The notes: generated by a model not told the origin, from the sequence alone. DNA of 64,000 nt from an uncultured virus (IMG/VR IMGVR_UViG_3300008117_000029) (IMGVR_UViG_3300008117_000029:1-64000), one strand, 5' to 3'; positions 1 through 10,252 are shown, counted from the stretch's first letter. Numbers and translations are program-made.

Positions 1-7
1 ACTCAAA

Positions 8-1819
8 ATGGGAGCATTATTAGAATCAGGTCTTGTTGGTAACATCGGTCTTAAGCACCTTAAAGTTATCAAAGAAGACACAATCAACAAATGGGACAAA
101 TTAGGATTCTTAGAGGGTCTTAAAGGTCACATGAGAGAAAACGTAGCTCAACTTTATGAAAACCAAGCTTCTCACTTAATCAACGAAGCTTCATCTACAT
201 CTGATACAGGTGCATTTGAAACTGTTGTATTTCCAATCGTGAGAAGAGTGTTCTCTAAGTTGTTGGCTAACGATATCGTTTCAGTACAAGCAATGAACTT
301 ACCAATCGGTAAATTGTTCTACTTTGTACCAAACATTCAGAGCTATGACCCAGCAGCACCTGCAGGTCTTAATCAACACTATTCACCATACGGTGCACCA
401 GATGGTCCAACATCTCCAAATGCAGGATACAACTATAACAATGGTAGAGACCTTTATGATAGATTTTATGAGGGTAATGAACCAGCGTTAGACCCACCAG
501 GTTTATTCGATTATTCTAAGGGTTCTTTCACTTCTGTAACATCTGCAATAACTTCAGTTGTAACAGCTCAGTGGAACAACACAACTTTGAATCTTGAACC
601 AGCGGCATACGCAACAGATAACTATAGAAAAGTATTAGTTATCATGTCAGGTTTTGCATCTGACGGAGCAGGTAAATTAATCGGTCCTGATGGTAACCCA
701 ATCGACACAGAATCATTCTTGTCTGATTTGACTATCTACGGTGTATCTGCTAACCCAACAACAGCGGGTGGTGGTCCTTACCTTTTCAGAGTAGTAACTC
801 AAAGATATGGTAAAGGTATCGTTCAATACGGTAACAACAACGCTACTTTAGATTTCCCAGGTTCATTAACTGATGGTGGTCAGTATGACAACATCTGTGA
901 TGTAAATGGTGATATCTATCTTGAAATCGACCTTCAAGTTCCAGTATGTATTACATGTACAGGTTCTATGGACGGTTACACAGGTTCTACATTCTCTTCA
1001 ACAACAGCTGCAAACTCAGCGTTCTCAGCTACTTACAGATTGTATAAGAACTTAGAATTTGAAGATAAAATTGGTGAGGTTTCATTTGACCTTATGTCAG
1101 TAACTGTTTCTGTTACAGAAAGAAAGTTAAGAGCACAATGGTCACCTGAAATGGCACAAGACGTTGCAGCATTCCACAACATTGACGCTGAAGCTGAATT
1201 GACAGCTTTATTGTCTGAGCAGGTTGCGGCTGAAATCGATAGAGAAATCTTGAGAGACCTTAGAAAAGGTGCAGCATGGAACTTGAGATGGGATTACAAC
1301 GGTTGGAAGAGACTCGGTGGTGGAACTGGCGCAGTTTCTTACACTCAGAAAGACTGGAACCAAACGTTGATTACTGCAATCAATCAATTGTCAGCTCAAA
1401 TTCACAAATCAACTTTAAGAGGCGGTGCTAACTGGATTGTTGTATCTTCTGAAATCTCTGCGATTTTTGATGATTTAGAATATTTCCACGTTTCAAACGC
1501 AGCTCCTGAGCAAGACCAATACAACATGGGTATTGAAAGAGTAGGAACTCTAGCTGGTAGATACCAAGTTTATAGAGACCCTTACTTCCCACCAAACCAA
1601 GTGTTAATCGGTCACAAAGGAACTTCGCTTCTTGATACAGGTTACATTTACGCACCATATGTACCTTTACAACTTACTCCAACAATGTATAACCCATTCA
1701 ACTTCACACCAATCAAAGGTATCATGACTAGATACGCTAAGAAAATGGTGAACAACAGATTCTACGGTAGAATCACAGTTGATGGTGTTAGAACATTCGA
1801 TTTGAAAGAGTTGAGATAA
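8..1819 (+). CDS. gp23: Major capsid protein, T4 gp23-like
   Basis: Contains VSVQAMNLPIGKLFY, RKLRAQWSPEMAQD, EIDREIL and GYIYAPYVPL...FTPIKGIMTRYA, which match gp23 motifs. Strongly biased codons and a downstream terminator. Confidence 0.97.
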   Translation: MGALLESGLVGNIGLKHLKVIKEDTINKWDKLGFLEGLKGHMRENVAQLYENQASHLINEASSTSDTGAFETVVFPIVRRVFSKLLANDIVSVQAMNLPIGKLFYFVPNIQSYDPAAPAGLNQHYSPYGAPDGPTSPNAGYNYNNGRDLYDRFYEGNEPALDPPGLFDYSKGSFTSVTSAITSVVTAQWNNTTLNLEPAAYATDNYRKVLVIMSGFASDGAGKLIGPDGNPIDTESFLSDLTIYGVSANPTTAGGGPYLFRVVTQRYGKGIVQYGNNNATLDFPGSLTDGGQYDNICDVNGDIYLEIDLQVPVCITCTGSMDGYTGSTFSSTTAANSAFSATYRLYKNLEFEDKIGEVSFDLMSVTVSVTERKLRAQWSPEMAQDVAAFHNIDAEAELTALLSEQVAAEIDREILRDLRKGAAWNLRWDYNGWKRLGGGTGAVSYTQKDWNQTLITAINQLSAQIHKSTLRGGANWIVVSSEISAIFDDLEYFHVSNAAPEQDQYNMGIERVGTLAGRYQVYRDPYFPPNQVLIGHKGTSLLDTGYIYAPYVPLQLTPTMYNPFNFTPIKGIMTRYAKKMVNNRFYGRITVDGVRTFDLKELR

Positions 1820-1838
1820 TATGGTCTAACCAAAATAT

Positions 1839-1867
1839 AAAAGGGTCCTTCGGGACCCTTTTTTTTT
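1839..1867 (+). terminator. Rho-independent terminator after the capsid gene
   Basis: AAGGGTCC-TTCG-GGACCCTT hairpin with a UUCG loop, followed by a T-run. Confidence 0.95.
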
Positions 1868-1885
1868 ATTATGATATTTATTTAT

Positions 1886-2452
1886 ATGACCAAGAAAATA
1901 ATAAGATTAACGGAATCGGAATTTGTGGAAATTGTTAATAGAGTAATTAATGAACAACAGCAAAACTATGATTTTATTTTTTCAAGAAACACATCCTTAA
2001 CGGAACCTACCAAGGCGGAGGAAATATATTTGGTTAAAAATGGAGATACCTATGATGTTTTTGCGAAAAGACCTAAAAGTAACATCATTGAGAAAACTGA
2101 ATTTAGTTTACCGAAACTTTCTGAGTTATCGCTAAGGTGGAATGGTTCCACATTCGAAAATAATGAGACAACCGAAACCGCGAATATGATTGCCTCTTTG
2201 ATTAAAACTAACTTCGAAAGGAGTCAGGGTAATTGGGTTGTCTATACAAAAGAAAATGGTTTACCTGCTATCGGAAAATTATCTTTGGGTCCTGTGTATG
2301 ATTTTGATATTTTAGACAAATACAAAAAAAATAGAAAGAAACTTAAGACTGGAGAATCCTACACCCCAAATGATTATTTCATTGTAAAACAAAACAAGGG
2401 TCGTTCTTTAGAAGTTAAAGACGTGGAAGAAGCAAAACCCTACGAAGTTTAA
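1886..2452 (+). CDS. Hypothetical protein with N-terminal IRLTESE...VINEQ motif (possible internal head protein)
   Basis: Track ORF starts at 1871. The ATG at 1886 is preferred because it lies just downstream of TATTTAT. Confidence 0.75.
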   Translation: MTKKIIRLTESEFVEIVNRVINEQQQNYDFIFSRNTSLTEPTKAEEIYLVKNGDTYDVFAKRPKSNIIEKTEFSLPKLSELSLRWNGSTFENNETTETANMIASLIKTNFERSQGNWVVYTKENGLPAIGKLSLGPVYDFDILDKYKKNRKKLKTGESYTPNDYFIVKQNKGRSLEVKDVEEAKPYEV

Positions 2453-2838
2453 TAATATTGTTGCACCGTTATTTTTGAACCATTAGTATCCCTATTAACA
2501 AAAACCATGTATTTTGGTTCCATCAGTGTTGCATTACGAAATAGTGTTTCAATTAAATAGTTTGTATAAGTTTGTGTTCTAGAATCCTTGAAAAGGTAAT
2601 CACTTTTAACTACAGCTTTTATATTACAGTTCAATAAAATTGGTGAATCATAAATTTCATCAACTCCTTTGATTGAATCAAGTTTAACATTTAGAGAATC
2701 CAAACATTCATTTAGTAAGATTTTTTCTGATTGTGATAAAAATTGATAACAATCTTTCGGATTTTTAAATCCGAGGTTTTGTCCGAAAGTGGAAAAAACA
2801 GATATAACAAACAAGATAAATAAATAATATTTTTTCAT
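2449..2838 (-). CDS. Hypothetical exported protein with a Sec signal peptide
   Basis: MKKYYLFILFVISVFSTFG-Q signal peptide. TAATTTTG element just upstream. Start moved from 2913 to 2838. Confidence 0.7.
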   Translation of the reverse strand: MKKYYLFILFVISVFSTFGQNLGFKNPKDCYQFLSQSEKILLNECLDSLNVKLDSIKGVDEIYDSPILLNCNIKAVVKSDYLFKDSRTQTYTNYLIETLFRNATLMEPKYMVFVNRDTNGSKITVQQYY

Positions 2839-2844
2839 ATCACA

Positions 2845-2852
2845 CAAAATTA
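2845..2852 (-). promoter_or_regulatory. Bacteroidota-type sigmaA -7 element (TAnnTTTG)
   Basis: TAATTTTG on the minus strand, 6 nt before the ATG at 2838, with TTG 20 nt further upstream. Confidence 0.55.
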
Positions 2853-2857
2853 ATCGA

Positions 2858-3055
2858 TTATTTTTTATCCACCAATTTTTTTTTACAATATGGACTATTG
2901 TAACCGAATACAATACATCTCAATGTGTCAACTTCTTGTCTGAGAGGTTCTAAATAGTCACCAAAAAAAGGTTTATGTCCTTTAGAGATTTCTGAGGTAA
3001 TGTGATATTCAATTTCTATAATTCGAGAAATTAATTGATTCTTGTTATCAAACAT
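2858..3055 (-). CDS. Small hypothetical protein
   Basis: 65-aa ORF that fills the gap between neighbours with plausible composition. Confidence 0.55.
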   Translation of the reverse strand: MFDNKNQLISRIIEIEYHITSEISKGHKPFFGDYLEPLRQEVDTLRCIVFGYNSPYCKKKLVDKK

Positions 3056-3083
3056 TTTACAGGATATTTATATTAAGAAATAT

Positions 3084-3977
3084 ATGAAAAAAAGATTCAT
3101 TAATGAAGCCACTGGTTCAGGTAGTTCAGGTAGAATGAAAATACCATTAGTTCTTGCACCCCAAATATGGGAAAAAGAGCCCTTGGAACCTTTCACGAAA
3201 CCAGTATCGAACTTTGTTAGTGCGGTGAATGCTTACGATAGTTATGATGGTGAAATGGAAAGGGACCAAACGTTAATAAGAAAAAACGAAACGAAGGCAA
3301 TAAAAAGAGCTAAAAAAGCAAAAGAAATGTTTTCACAAAGCGATGATGACGGAAATCCAATAAATGGGTATTCACCCATGGGAAGTGATGCCCTTGGAAC
3401 ACCCAAAGAAGTAAAAAGAATTGCACATATACCAAAAACTGAATATGAACCAGTTTTAAAAGAGGATTTAGCGGTATGGTTTGGGACAAAAAAGAAACCA
3501 AAAGGTAGTAAACAACCCAAAGGACCTTGGGTAAATATATGTAGAAAAAAAGAAGGTGGGGGACATCCTCCGTGTGGAAGACCCGAGGCAGATAGTAAGG
3601 GATATCCAAAATGTAGAGCGGCAGGTGTTGCTTCAAAAATGAGTGACTCTCAAAAAAAGAATGCATGTGCTCAAAAAAGGAAAGCTGAGAAAAAAGACCC
3701 TAAAATGGGAACAGGTAACAAACCAACAATGACTTCATATAAACCAAAAAATGAATCTTTGAGGGGATTAATTAAGAGGGTTTTAAAAGAAGAATATAGT
3801 CCCAATTTGTTATATCCTGTTGAACAGGTTTACCTAATGACAAGTAAAGCCCCATATGAACTGAGAAAACTTGTAAAAAATCTAAAACCAATAGATTGTG
3901 TAAACAATAAAGGTGAAAAGAAAAGTTGTTTCAGAATACCTGAGGTATTATACGTATATTTTAGTGGGAGATACTAA
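3084..3977 (+). CDS. Hypothetical multi-module protein with a Cys/Lys-rich central domain
   Basis: ATG at 3084 follows TATTTAT at 3065-3071. Contains WVNICRK...PPCGR...YPKCR. Confidence 0.8.
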   Translation: MKKRFINEATGSGSSGRMKIPLVLAPQIWEKEPLEPFTKPVSNFVSAVNAYDSYDGEMERDQTLIRKNETKAIKRAKKAKEMFSQSDDDGNPINGYSPMGSDALGTPKEVKRIAHIPKTEYEPVLKEDLAVWFGTKKKPKGSKQPKGPWVNICRKKEGGGHPPCGRPEADSKGYPKCRAAGVASKMSDSQKKNACAQKRKAEKKDPKMGTGNKPTMTSYKPKNESLRGLIKRVLKEEYSPNLLYPVEQVYLMTSKAPYELRKLVKNLKPIDCVNNKGEKKSCFRIPEVLYVYFSGRY

Positions 3978-4384
3978 TCAAGTTTTTTTAAAATTTCCTC
4001 TAAAGAATGATTGATATTATTATTGATTTCAATCTCAAGTTTCATTCTTTCATCATCCAATTTCTTGTCAAATTTTTCGACTAACTCTACGTAAAGACTT
4101 GTGTCTGAGATATACACGGAATAACTGTATATATGATTTATTAGTTTTACACTATGGTCATGTAAAACAATAAACATATCCTTGGACTCGTTTTTTATAA
4201 ATCTTTTATTAGATAATGGGGCTAAAGTTAATTTTGAATCTGAGTCGTCAAGGACCTTTCTACATATTTCGTAGGTGATTCTTTCGTCAGCCGGCAACGG
4301 TTTTTTGGGGTCGAACTTTTCCTTGAGTGCTAAAAAAACCTTATATAATATATTCGGGATGAAACCAACAACTTTGTTATCCAT
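3974..4384 (-). CDS. Hypothetical protein
   Basis: 136-aa ORF preceded by TATCTTTG. Confidence 0.8.
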   Translation of the reverse strand: MDNKVVGFIPNILYKVFLALKEKFDPKKPLPADERITYEICRKVLDDSDSKLTLAPLSNKRFIKNESKDMFIVLHDHSVKLINHIYSYSVYISDTSLYVELVEKFDKKLDDERMKLEIEINNNINHSLEEILKKLD

Positions 4385-4388
4385 TAAT

Positions 4389-4396
4389 CAAAGATA
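4389..4396 (-). promoter_or_regulatory. Bacteroidota-type sigmaA -7 element (TAnnTTTG)
   Basis: TATCTTTG on the minus strand, 4 nt before the ATG at 4384, with TTG 19 nt upstream. Confidence 0.55.
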
Positions 4397-4411
4397 AAAA
4401 TAATAATCAAA

Positions 4412-4882
4412 TTAACAATATGCACCTGAACATTGTTTTTTTCCATCTAAACCTGGCATTTTTCCTTTACAAACCTGAACGGCATATCCATTTGCATAAG
4501 CTGATGGGTAAACTTTGAATTTACTCTTAGCCGCTGCCTTACCTCTTGCACAAAGTTTAGTTCCTGTTTTTTTTCTACCTTCACTCAAATCTTCGAAATC
4601 TAAATAATCTCCCATTTTAGATTTTTCATTCATGAAAAAATCAAAAACTTGGTCCATGTTGGTTTTAGCCTCAGTAACGTGGTCATCGGCCCAGTCGTGA
4701 CCGTTTTGTAAAATTTCATCTATCATCTGTGGGTCAAACTCCAACAACATTTTACATTGTCTCATAATCTGTTTGAGGTTAGAAAAAAACATGTAATTTT
4801 CATGCTCTTGGTATGATTCATTGAGAACTTTGTTAACCAACTTGGTTATATCTGATTCGGTTAATTTTACAACTTTAGCCAT
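4412..4882 (-). CDS. Hypothetical protein with N-terminal KLTESD motif and a basic Cys-containing C-terminal module
   Basis: Starts MAKVVKLTESDITKLVNKVLNES and ends KLCARGKAAAK...YPSAYANGYAVQVCKG. Overlaps the upstream gene. Confidence 0.8.
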   Translation of the reverse strand: MAKVVKLTESDITKLVNKVLNESYQEHENYMFFSNLKQIMRQCKMLLEFDPQMIDEILQNGHDWADDHVTEAKTNMDQVFDFFMNEKSKMGDYLDFEDLSEGRKKTGTKLCARGKAAAKSKFKVYPSAYANGYAVQVCKGKMPGLDGKKQCSGAYC

Positions 4883-6383
4883 TTTGTTTCTGATTTACTA
4901 TGTTAAACGTTAATTGTCTTTTATAAGTATCTTTCTCACCTGAAGTGTTAACTTGAATGTCAACATAATATTGATTAGGAATTTTATCTCTCATATCGAA
5001 AATGAAATAATACTCATTTGGCGTTCTGTTTATTGGTGTCCAATCTTGAACTAATACTTCTGTTGTTCCTTCTTTGACATAAACCCTGTAAAATGCTGAT
5101 ACATCTAATAACATTTGTTGACCGGTGTATGCTTTTTTAATTGTGACACCAACCTTTCTAATGTCTGTATTCAAAATTTGTTCGTTCTGTAGAATCCCGT
5201 AAAAATTGAAACCAAACTTTTGAGGTTCTTTGGATAGAGTTCCGATTTGTATTCCTGCAGAATATTGTTGAAGAGTGAAGGTATTCGATACGTTTGGAAG
5301 TGATTGACCATTAATTGTTAATCCTGACCAAACATCGTAGTATTGACATGGGGTAGCACCTGTAAAACCATTCGGAACAATTACTTCATAAACCCCTTTA
5401 GTTCTTAAACAAGTTGTCAATGCCTCCATACCAGTTACAGCAACACCAACTCTATCTTCTATTCTCACAAACGGGTCACTATCAAGATTAACCAAATCAC
5501 CATTCTGATAAATGTAGAGATATAATCTATTCTCTTGGTTCTTCAGAAATTGGTTTCTATCATCCTGAATCAAATCGTCGTAATTGGTCAAAAGGTATGG
5601 TTGGTAGAAAGTTTGGGTATGTCTCGAGAAGAATGCAACACTGTAACTATCGGTCAAACCTGTTATATTTTCAATCTGAGGAAGATATGCTAAACCCCAA
5701 CCTGTTACACCCGTTATAGAACCGTTTAAAACACCGTTAATTTCGTTTGTCATGTCCATGTTGAGGTCTTCATTACCCAACTCGAAATGTTGTCTAGAAA
5801 CGACTGTAAGACCCGTATAATTAACACTGCCCTCATTCTTGTTATTGTAAATTCCTGCTTGTGACCAATCATCAATTGTGGTAGTCTGATACCAATTGGA
5901 TGGTCTTGTAGAAAAGGCTCTTGGGTCAACGTATGTCAAAGGGGATTGACCACCTTGTGCACTGTTCTGTGCTAAATTAAAATTGTTATAATCGTATCCA
6001 ACCCCTTCATCCCATTCTTGAGGGTTACCTGTTGAGCCTGAGGTTTTGGGGATTCTGAATAATATTAAATCGAATGAGGTCGCCCTTCTCCTTGAGTCGG
6101 ACATAAAGGTGTTGAGTAACTCGTTGTCAAAAGAAGACGTGTTTGTCATCTTAAGTGTATGTGTCATCGCCGATGTGCATCCTGTCGAAATTGTTCCGTT
6201 TGCAATCGAATCTCTTAGTTGTTGTAGGTCTAAATCAAAAATGAAACGTGTATATCCATAGTTTGGAACTATGTAATCCGACGCACCAAAATTCAATTGA
6301 ACAACAGGGTTACGTCCTGTGTTCACGTATGAATTGGAAATAATTGTGTTATTTTTACTGAAATATGACCTTAAAATTGACAT
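4875..6383 (-). CDS. Putative virion structural protein
   Basis: 502 aa, beta-rich T/N/G composition, TATTTAT upstream (6396-6402), structural gene context. Confidence 0.6.
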   Translation of the reverse strand: MSILRSYFSKNNTIISNSYVNTGRNPVVQLNFGASDYIVPNYGYTRFIFDLDLQQLRDSIANGTISTGCTSAMTHTLKMTNTSSFDNELLNTFMSDSRRRATSFDLILFRIPKTSGSTGNPQEWDEGVGYDYNNFNLAQNSAQGGQSPLTYVDPRAFSTRPSNWYQTTTIDDWSQAGIYNNKNEGSVNYTGLTVVSRQHFELGNEDLNMDMTNEINGVLNGSITGVTGWGLAYLPQIENITGLTDSYSVAFFSRHTQTFYQPYLLTNYDDLIQDDRNQFLKNQENRLYLYIYQNGDLVNLDSDPFVRIEDRVGVAVTGMEALTTCLRTKGVYEVIVPNGFTGATPCQYYDVWSGLTINGQSLPNVSNTFTLQQYSAGIQIGTLSKEPQKFGFNFYGILQNEQILNTDIRKVGVTIKKAYTGQQMLLDVSAFYRVYVKEGTTEVLVQDWTPINRTPNEYYFIFDMRDKIPNQYYVDIQVNTSGEKDTYKRQLTFNIVNQKQNG

Positions 6384-6402
6384 TCACTTTTTTTTATAAA
6401 TA

Positions 6403-7935
6403 TCAATTAATTCGGATATTGGAGTTCAGAATTTTGTTTACCGCATTTTGTAGTTCAGTAAGTATTTCTTGAGACGTAGAACCGTCTTCTGTCACAGGTA
6501 TTGGTGGTAATCCAGGATAAGCGTGAGTGTGTGTAATAAGATATCTTACAATCAAATTTATAAGTTCCAATAACTCTTCACCTCTAACGGTGCTAGATGT
6601 TTTAGATTCTATGTTTGCAAATTCTTCAGGACCGATACCATACAAGGTATTGTCAAAATTTATTTTTCCTTTACCTGGAATTTGAGAATTATGTGATAGT
6701 AAGAATAATTTGTCACCACCTAGAGCCCCAACTGTATTTTGTTGGTTTATATATTTTACGTCAGGAACTTTAAGTTTTTTAATTGTTTGAGGTTCACCAA
6801 CTTTATTTTTTGCATATATGAGACCATAACCACCTTTTATTCCTGATAATAATTTTATGTTATTATAAACATCCGAAATGTTCTTGACCTCAATTGATGT
6901 TGCATTAACACCTGACGGGGTCGTAAGATTTAGTTTTTCACTCATCAATCGACTTGGTCTATAAAATATTGGGAACTTTTCGGCAGCGTTGTTATTCGGA
7001 AAAACAACTCTACCACCTACGGTTCTATCTGAACTGTTACAGTCCCTGATAAAATTATTTATATATTTGATGGCATCCTCTTTTGACAACATTGTGAAAC
7101 TTTGTTTCGTCACCAAGAATTTAAGATTTTCCTTAACTACACTATCAACTTTTAAGTTTTTAGAGTTTACGGTTGCGTCAGGTTTCAACTGATAAAGAAA
7201 AACCGAACCATTGAATTTGTCTTGGGAATTTTCGGGATTGTTGAGAACCCATTCTATAAGATATTTTACCAAAACTACATTTTCTTGTAACTGATAAAAC
7301 GTTCTATCTGGCTGATTTCTTTTAATGTATTGAAATCTTGAAAGTTGAAGAAAACTCCTTTGGGGATTATTGACGGGGACAACATTAGGTTGTAAAGTTT
7401 CCCCTTTGAATTTACCCGCTCTTAATAAAACGTCGTCCTGTTTGATGACTACGTCAGCACTACCCCTACCCAATAAAGCATTATCACCAGGTTCAGGAAA
7501 AACACCTTTATGTATTGCCTTATCAGAATAAGTTCCATCTTGGTTTTTTAAAGGTTTTGGGCTTTTGATTTGCATACCCGTTCCTGTAAATTTATTTGCG
7601 CCAAATTGGAATTGATTGAATGTTGAAGTTGGGCTAAAATATGTGTTTTGAACATAATATTGGTTCTGATATTTGAAATCTTTGTTCAAATATATAACCT
7701 GAACCATTTCCTCGTTTTTGGGGACTTGGTATAAGAAGTATGGTAGGAGCGGATTAAATACCAATGGGTCACGGGATGTCCAAGGGTCTTTCTCTGGATT
7801 CCACGGTGGGTCCGACACTGCTCTTAAAATGTCCTCAACGTTATCAATTTCGAGACACCCTCTAATTCTACCGAGCATCATTGGGTCATTGTTATCGATA
7901 ACTCTTACCTGAAAAAAAATTGAATTGTTATCCAT
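6403..7935 (-). CDS. Baseplate hub/spike protein (gp5/gpV-like)
   Basis: N-terminal VIDNNDPMMLGRIRG resembles the gp5/gpV OB-fold start. C-terminal THTH is an HxH metal-binding tip motif. Confidence 0.65.
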   Translation of the reverse strand: MDNNSIFFQVRVIDNNDPMMLGRIRGCLEIDNVEDILRAVSDPPWNPEKDPWTSRDPLVFNPLLPYFLYQVPKNEEMVQVIYLNKDFKYQNQYYVQNTYFSPTSTFNQFQFGANKFTGTGMQIKSPKPLKNQDGTYSDKAIHKGVFPEPGDNALLGRGSADVVIKQDDVLLRAGKFKGETLQPNVVPVNNPQRSFLQLSRFQYIKRNQPDRTFYQLQENVVLVKYLIEWVLNNPENSQDKFNGSVFLYQLKPDATVNSKNLKVDSVVKENLKFLVTKQSFTMLSKEDAIKYINNFIRDCNSSDRTVGGRVVFPNNNAAEKFPIFYRPSRLMSEKLNLTTPSGVNATSIEVKNISDVYNNIKLLSGIKGGYGLIYAKNKVGEPQTIKKLKVPDVKYINQQNTVGALGGDKLFLLSHNSQIPGKGKINFDNTLYGIGPEEFANIESKTSSTVRGEELLELINLIVRYLITHTHAYPGLPPIPVTEDGSTSQEILTELQNAVNKILNSNIRIN

Positions 7936-8137
7936 TTCCTCTATCGTTGTAAATTTTCAAAATATTATTATATAACATTTCAACTTTATCTAAATAAATC
8001 GTCCCTGCGATAATATTTTTCTTTGTTGATTCGAAATCATCTGTCAATAAATCCATGTATTTGACCAATAAGTTGTTTGGTAAATTATTCAGATTTGGTT
8101 GTTCTTTTACAATTTCGTCAAGTTGTTCTTTTGTCAT
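7928..8137 (-). CDS. Small hypothetical protein
   Basis: 69 aa, coupled to its neighbours. Confidence 0.7.
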   Translation of the reverse strand: MTKEQLDEIVKEQPNLNNLPNNLLVKYMDLLTDDFESTKKNIIAGTIYLDKVEMLYNNILKIYNDRGNG

Positions 8138-8140
8138 AAA

Positions 8141-10252
8141 TTATATTGCTTTTCCGACTCCACTAATTGGGCTTGTTAATACGATTTCCACTTTTTCGTT
8201 TGCTGCTCTTTCCTCGTCAATTGCTCTATTGGTTAGTAAATTATACAAATTCATTAAATTGGGGGAGCCATCGGGTAATACACCTGTGGGTATTCCCAAG
8301 GCCTGTAATTTTTCCAAAAAGTTAATGTTTGCTCTTTGAGGTGAAAAACCTGGTAATATTGCTGCTGCGGGTAACAATGCCAAAGGGATTGCATTATTAG
8401 AAATTCCATTGATTGAGTTCAATAGTAATAAAATATTTTTTGTCAAATCTTTACACCTTGCAAAATCATTTACTAATTGAGATACTATTAATACAAGTTC
8501 AATTAATCTAAGTATGATTGCATAGTTTTTTAATCTTTTGGAATTTTCGACATCTTTTATTATGATACTAATTAAATTCAATATGTCCCTTTTCAAAATA
8601 TCATAAAGTGTTTTCAGAAATTCAGCATTGATTTTGGTGACCATGGAAATCATAAATTGTTTCCATTTTTTTGTAAAATCAGTTCCACTTGTGATGATGT
8701 TACTACCCTCTCGACCAATTTCAGTAGCCATGGTGTTTCCTGAATTGATTATTGTATTCGCGGAATTTATGTAAGTGTTGGCACTTGTAACTGCTTGGTT
8801 ATAGGTAAATGTTGCAGCCGATTGTGTTATGGCCATCACAGAGAATATTGGTAAAAGAACCTTTGGCGATAGAATATTTGCCACAACCGCTAATGGCAAA
8901 GTTTTCAGAATTTTGTTGTTCACAGAAACATCCAAATTCAAATTATTGATTCCATAAACTTTCCATTCAGGATTTTCTACTATTGAATCTAGAATTTGTT
9001 CCAAAACACCAACTTTTTCTTCTACTGTGGCACCAGTTAAATCCCTAAAAGCAATTAATTGGTCAACTAAATTTGTAGCGTCTACTGGGAGTTTGATATT
9101 ATCACAGTCTTCAAATTCCATCACACCATTTTTGATGTTTGAAATTTGTATATCAATATTTCTTAAATCAATCTCATTGAATTCAAAAAAGCTTTCATCA
9201 ACCCCATCTAATTCGGCTATCTTTGCAATTCCACTGACATCAATCTCCCTTCTGTTATCAAAACATAATCCCAAAATCCTCTGTAATATGATTCCATATC
9301 TTGATTGATTATCGATTTGCCCTGACCCTGTTTTGGCTTCAATATCAATTGCACCTGAAATTATGTTAACAAGCTGTGCACCAATATCCACTGGGTCATT
9401 TATGGTTATTGTGCTATAGTAGTCCGAGATAAATTCACCAACCTTGTTAGAGGTTAACCCAGCATTATTTTCCCTATCAATTAACGCAACACGATAAAAG
9501 TTACCAGTAATACCCAATCCATTTGTTGTGGTATATTGAACATCAAATAAATTCTGTCCTGATTTTCCTTGGTAATTTTTTCCCAAGATTTGAGATAAAC
9601 TTCTACCACTATTTGAAGGTTCCATGAGTTGATAGAGTTGTTTATTCATTGGATAATAATCAATCCCACCAAATGGTTTAAATTTTGGGTCAGCGGATGG
9701 CTCTGGTTTTTCGTAATAAACTTTTCCTATCTTAGTATCGGGTGCATTTTTTAAATTTTCTAAAAAATCGATTGATTGCACGGGTATGTAAAGGAATCCA
9801 TCATTAGGTCCCTGAGGAATTGTTGAGAGTGGTTGAAGTTGAAGTAAAGAAGGTGATACACCTTTATAGGTTTGTTCTTGTGAACAACCTAAAGCTTTTA
9901 TAGATTCTTCTTTGAGAATTGCGGCGGCTTTTGGCTCTAAGGTAGTAGCTACCTCTAAAAGTTTTTTTCTTAGATATTTTAATGTTTCAGAACCTTGTCC
10001 TTTAGTTTGAAAGATGTATCCTATTAATTGGTCTAACGAATTAGGGGGATTTCTTTGATACCTTTTTTGTAAATCTTTTACTTTATCGAGTTGACTTGTT
10101 GTAAAATTTTTTGATTCGGCAAATGAGTTCGCAACTGACTTTGATAAATCTTTTTCAGCTTTAAGAGTTTCCACCGCGGCCTTGAGAGCGCTTATTCTTG
10201 AGTTTACTCTTTGTTCCCCACTTGTTAAATCTATGACATTGTTAGCTTGCAT
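8141..10252 (-). CDS. Hypothetical protein, probably virion-associated
   Basis: 703-aa ORF in an operon with the spike gene. No family recognised. Confidence 0.6.
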   Translation of the reverse strand: MQANNVIDLTSGEQRVNSRISALKAAVETLKAEKDLSKSVANSFAESKNFTTSQLDKVKDLQKRYQRNPPNSLDQLIGYIFQTKGQGSETLKYLRKKLLEVATTLEPKAAAILKEESIKALGCSQEQTYKGVSPSLLQLQPLSTIPQGPNDGFLYIPVQSIDFLENLKNAPDTKIGKVYYEKPEPSADPKFKPFGGIDYYPMNKQLYQLMEPSNSGRSLSQILGKNYQGKSGQNLFDVQYTTTNGLGITGNFYRVALIDRENNAGLTSNKVGEFISDYYSTITINDPVDIGAQLVNIISGAIDIEAKTGSGQIDNQSRYGIILQRILGLCFDNRREIDVSGIAKIAELDGVDESFFEFNEIDLRNIDIQISNIKNGVMEFEDCDNIKLPVDATNLVDQLIAFRDLTGATVEEKVGVLEQILDSIVENPEWKVYGINNLNLDVSVNNKILKTLPLAVVANILSPKVLLPIFSVMAITQSAATFTYNQAVTSANTYINSANTIINSGNTMATEIGREGSNIITSGTDFTKKWKQFMISMVTKINAEFLKTLYDILKRDILNLISIIIKDVENSKRLKNYAIILRLIELVLIVSQLVNDFARCKDLTKNILLLLNSINGISNNAIPLALLPAAAILPGFSPQRANINFLEKLQALGIPTGVLPDGSPNLMNLYNLLTNRAIDEERAANEKVEIVLTSPISGVGKAI

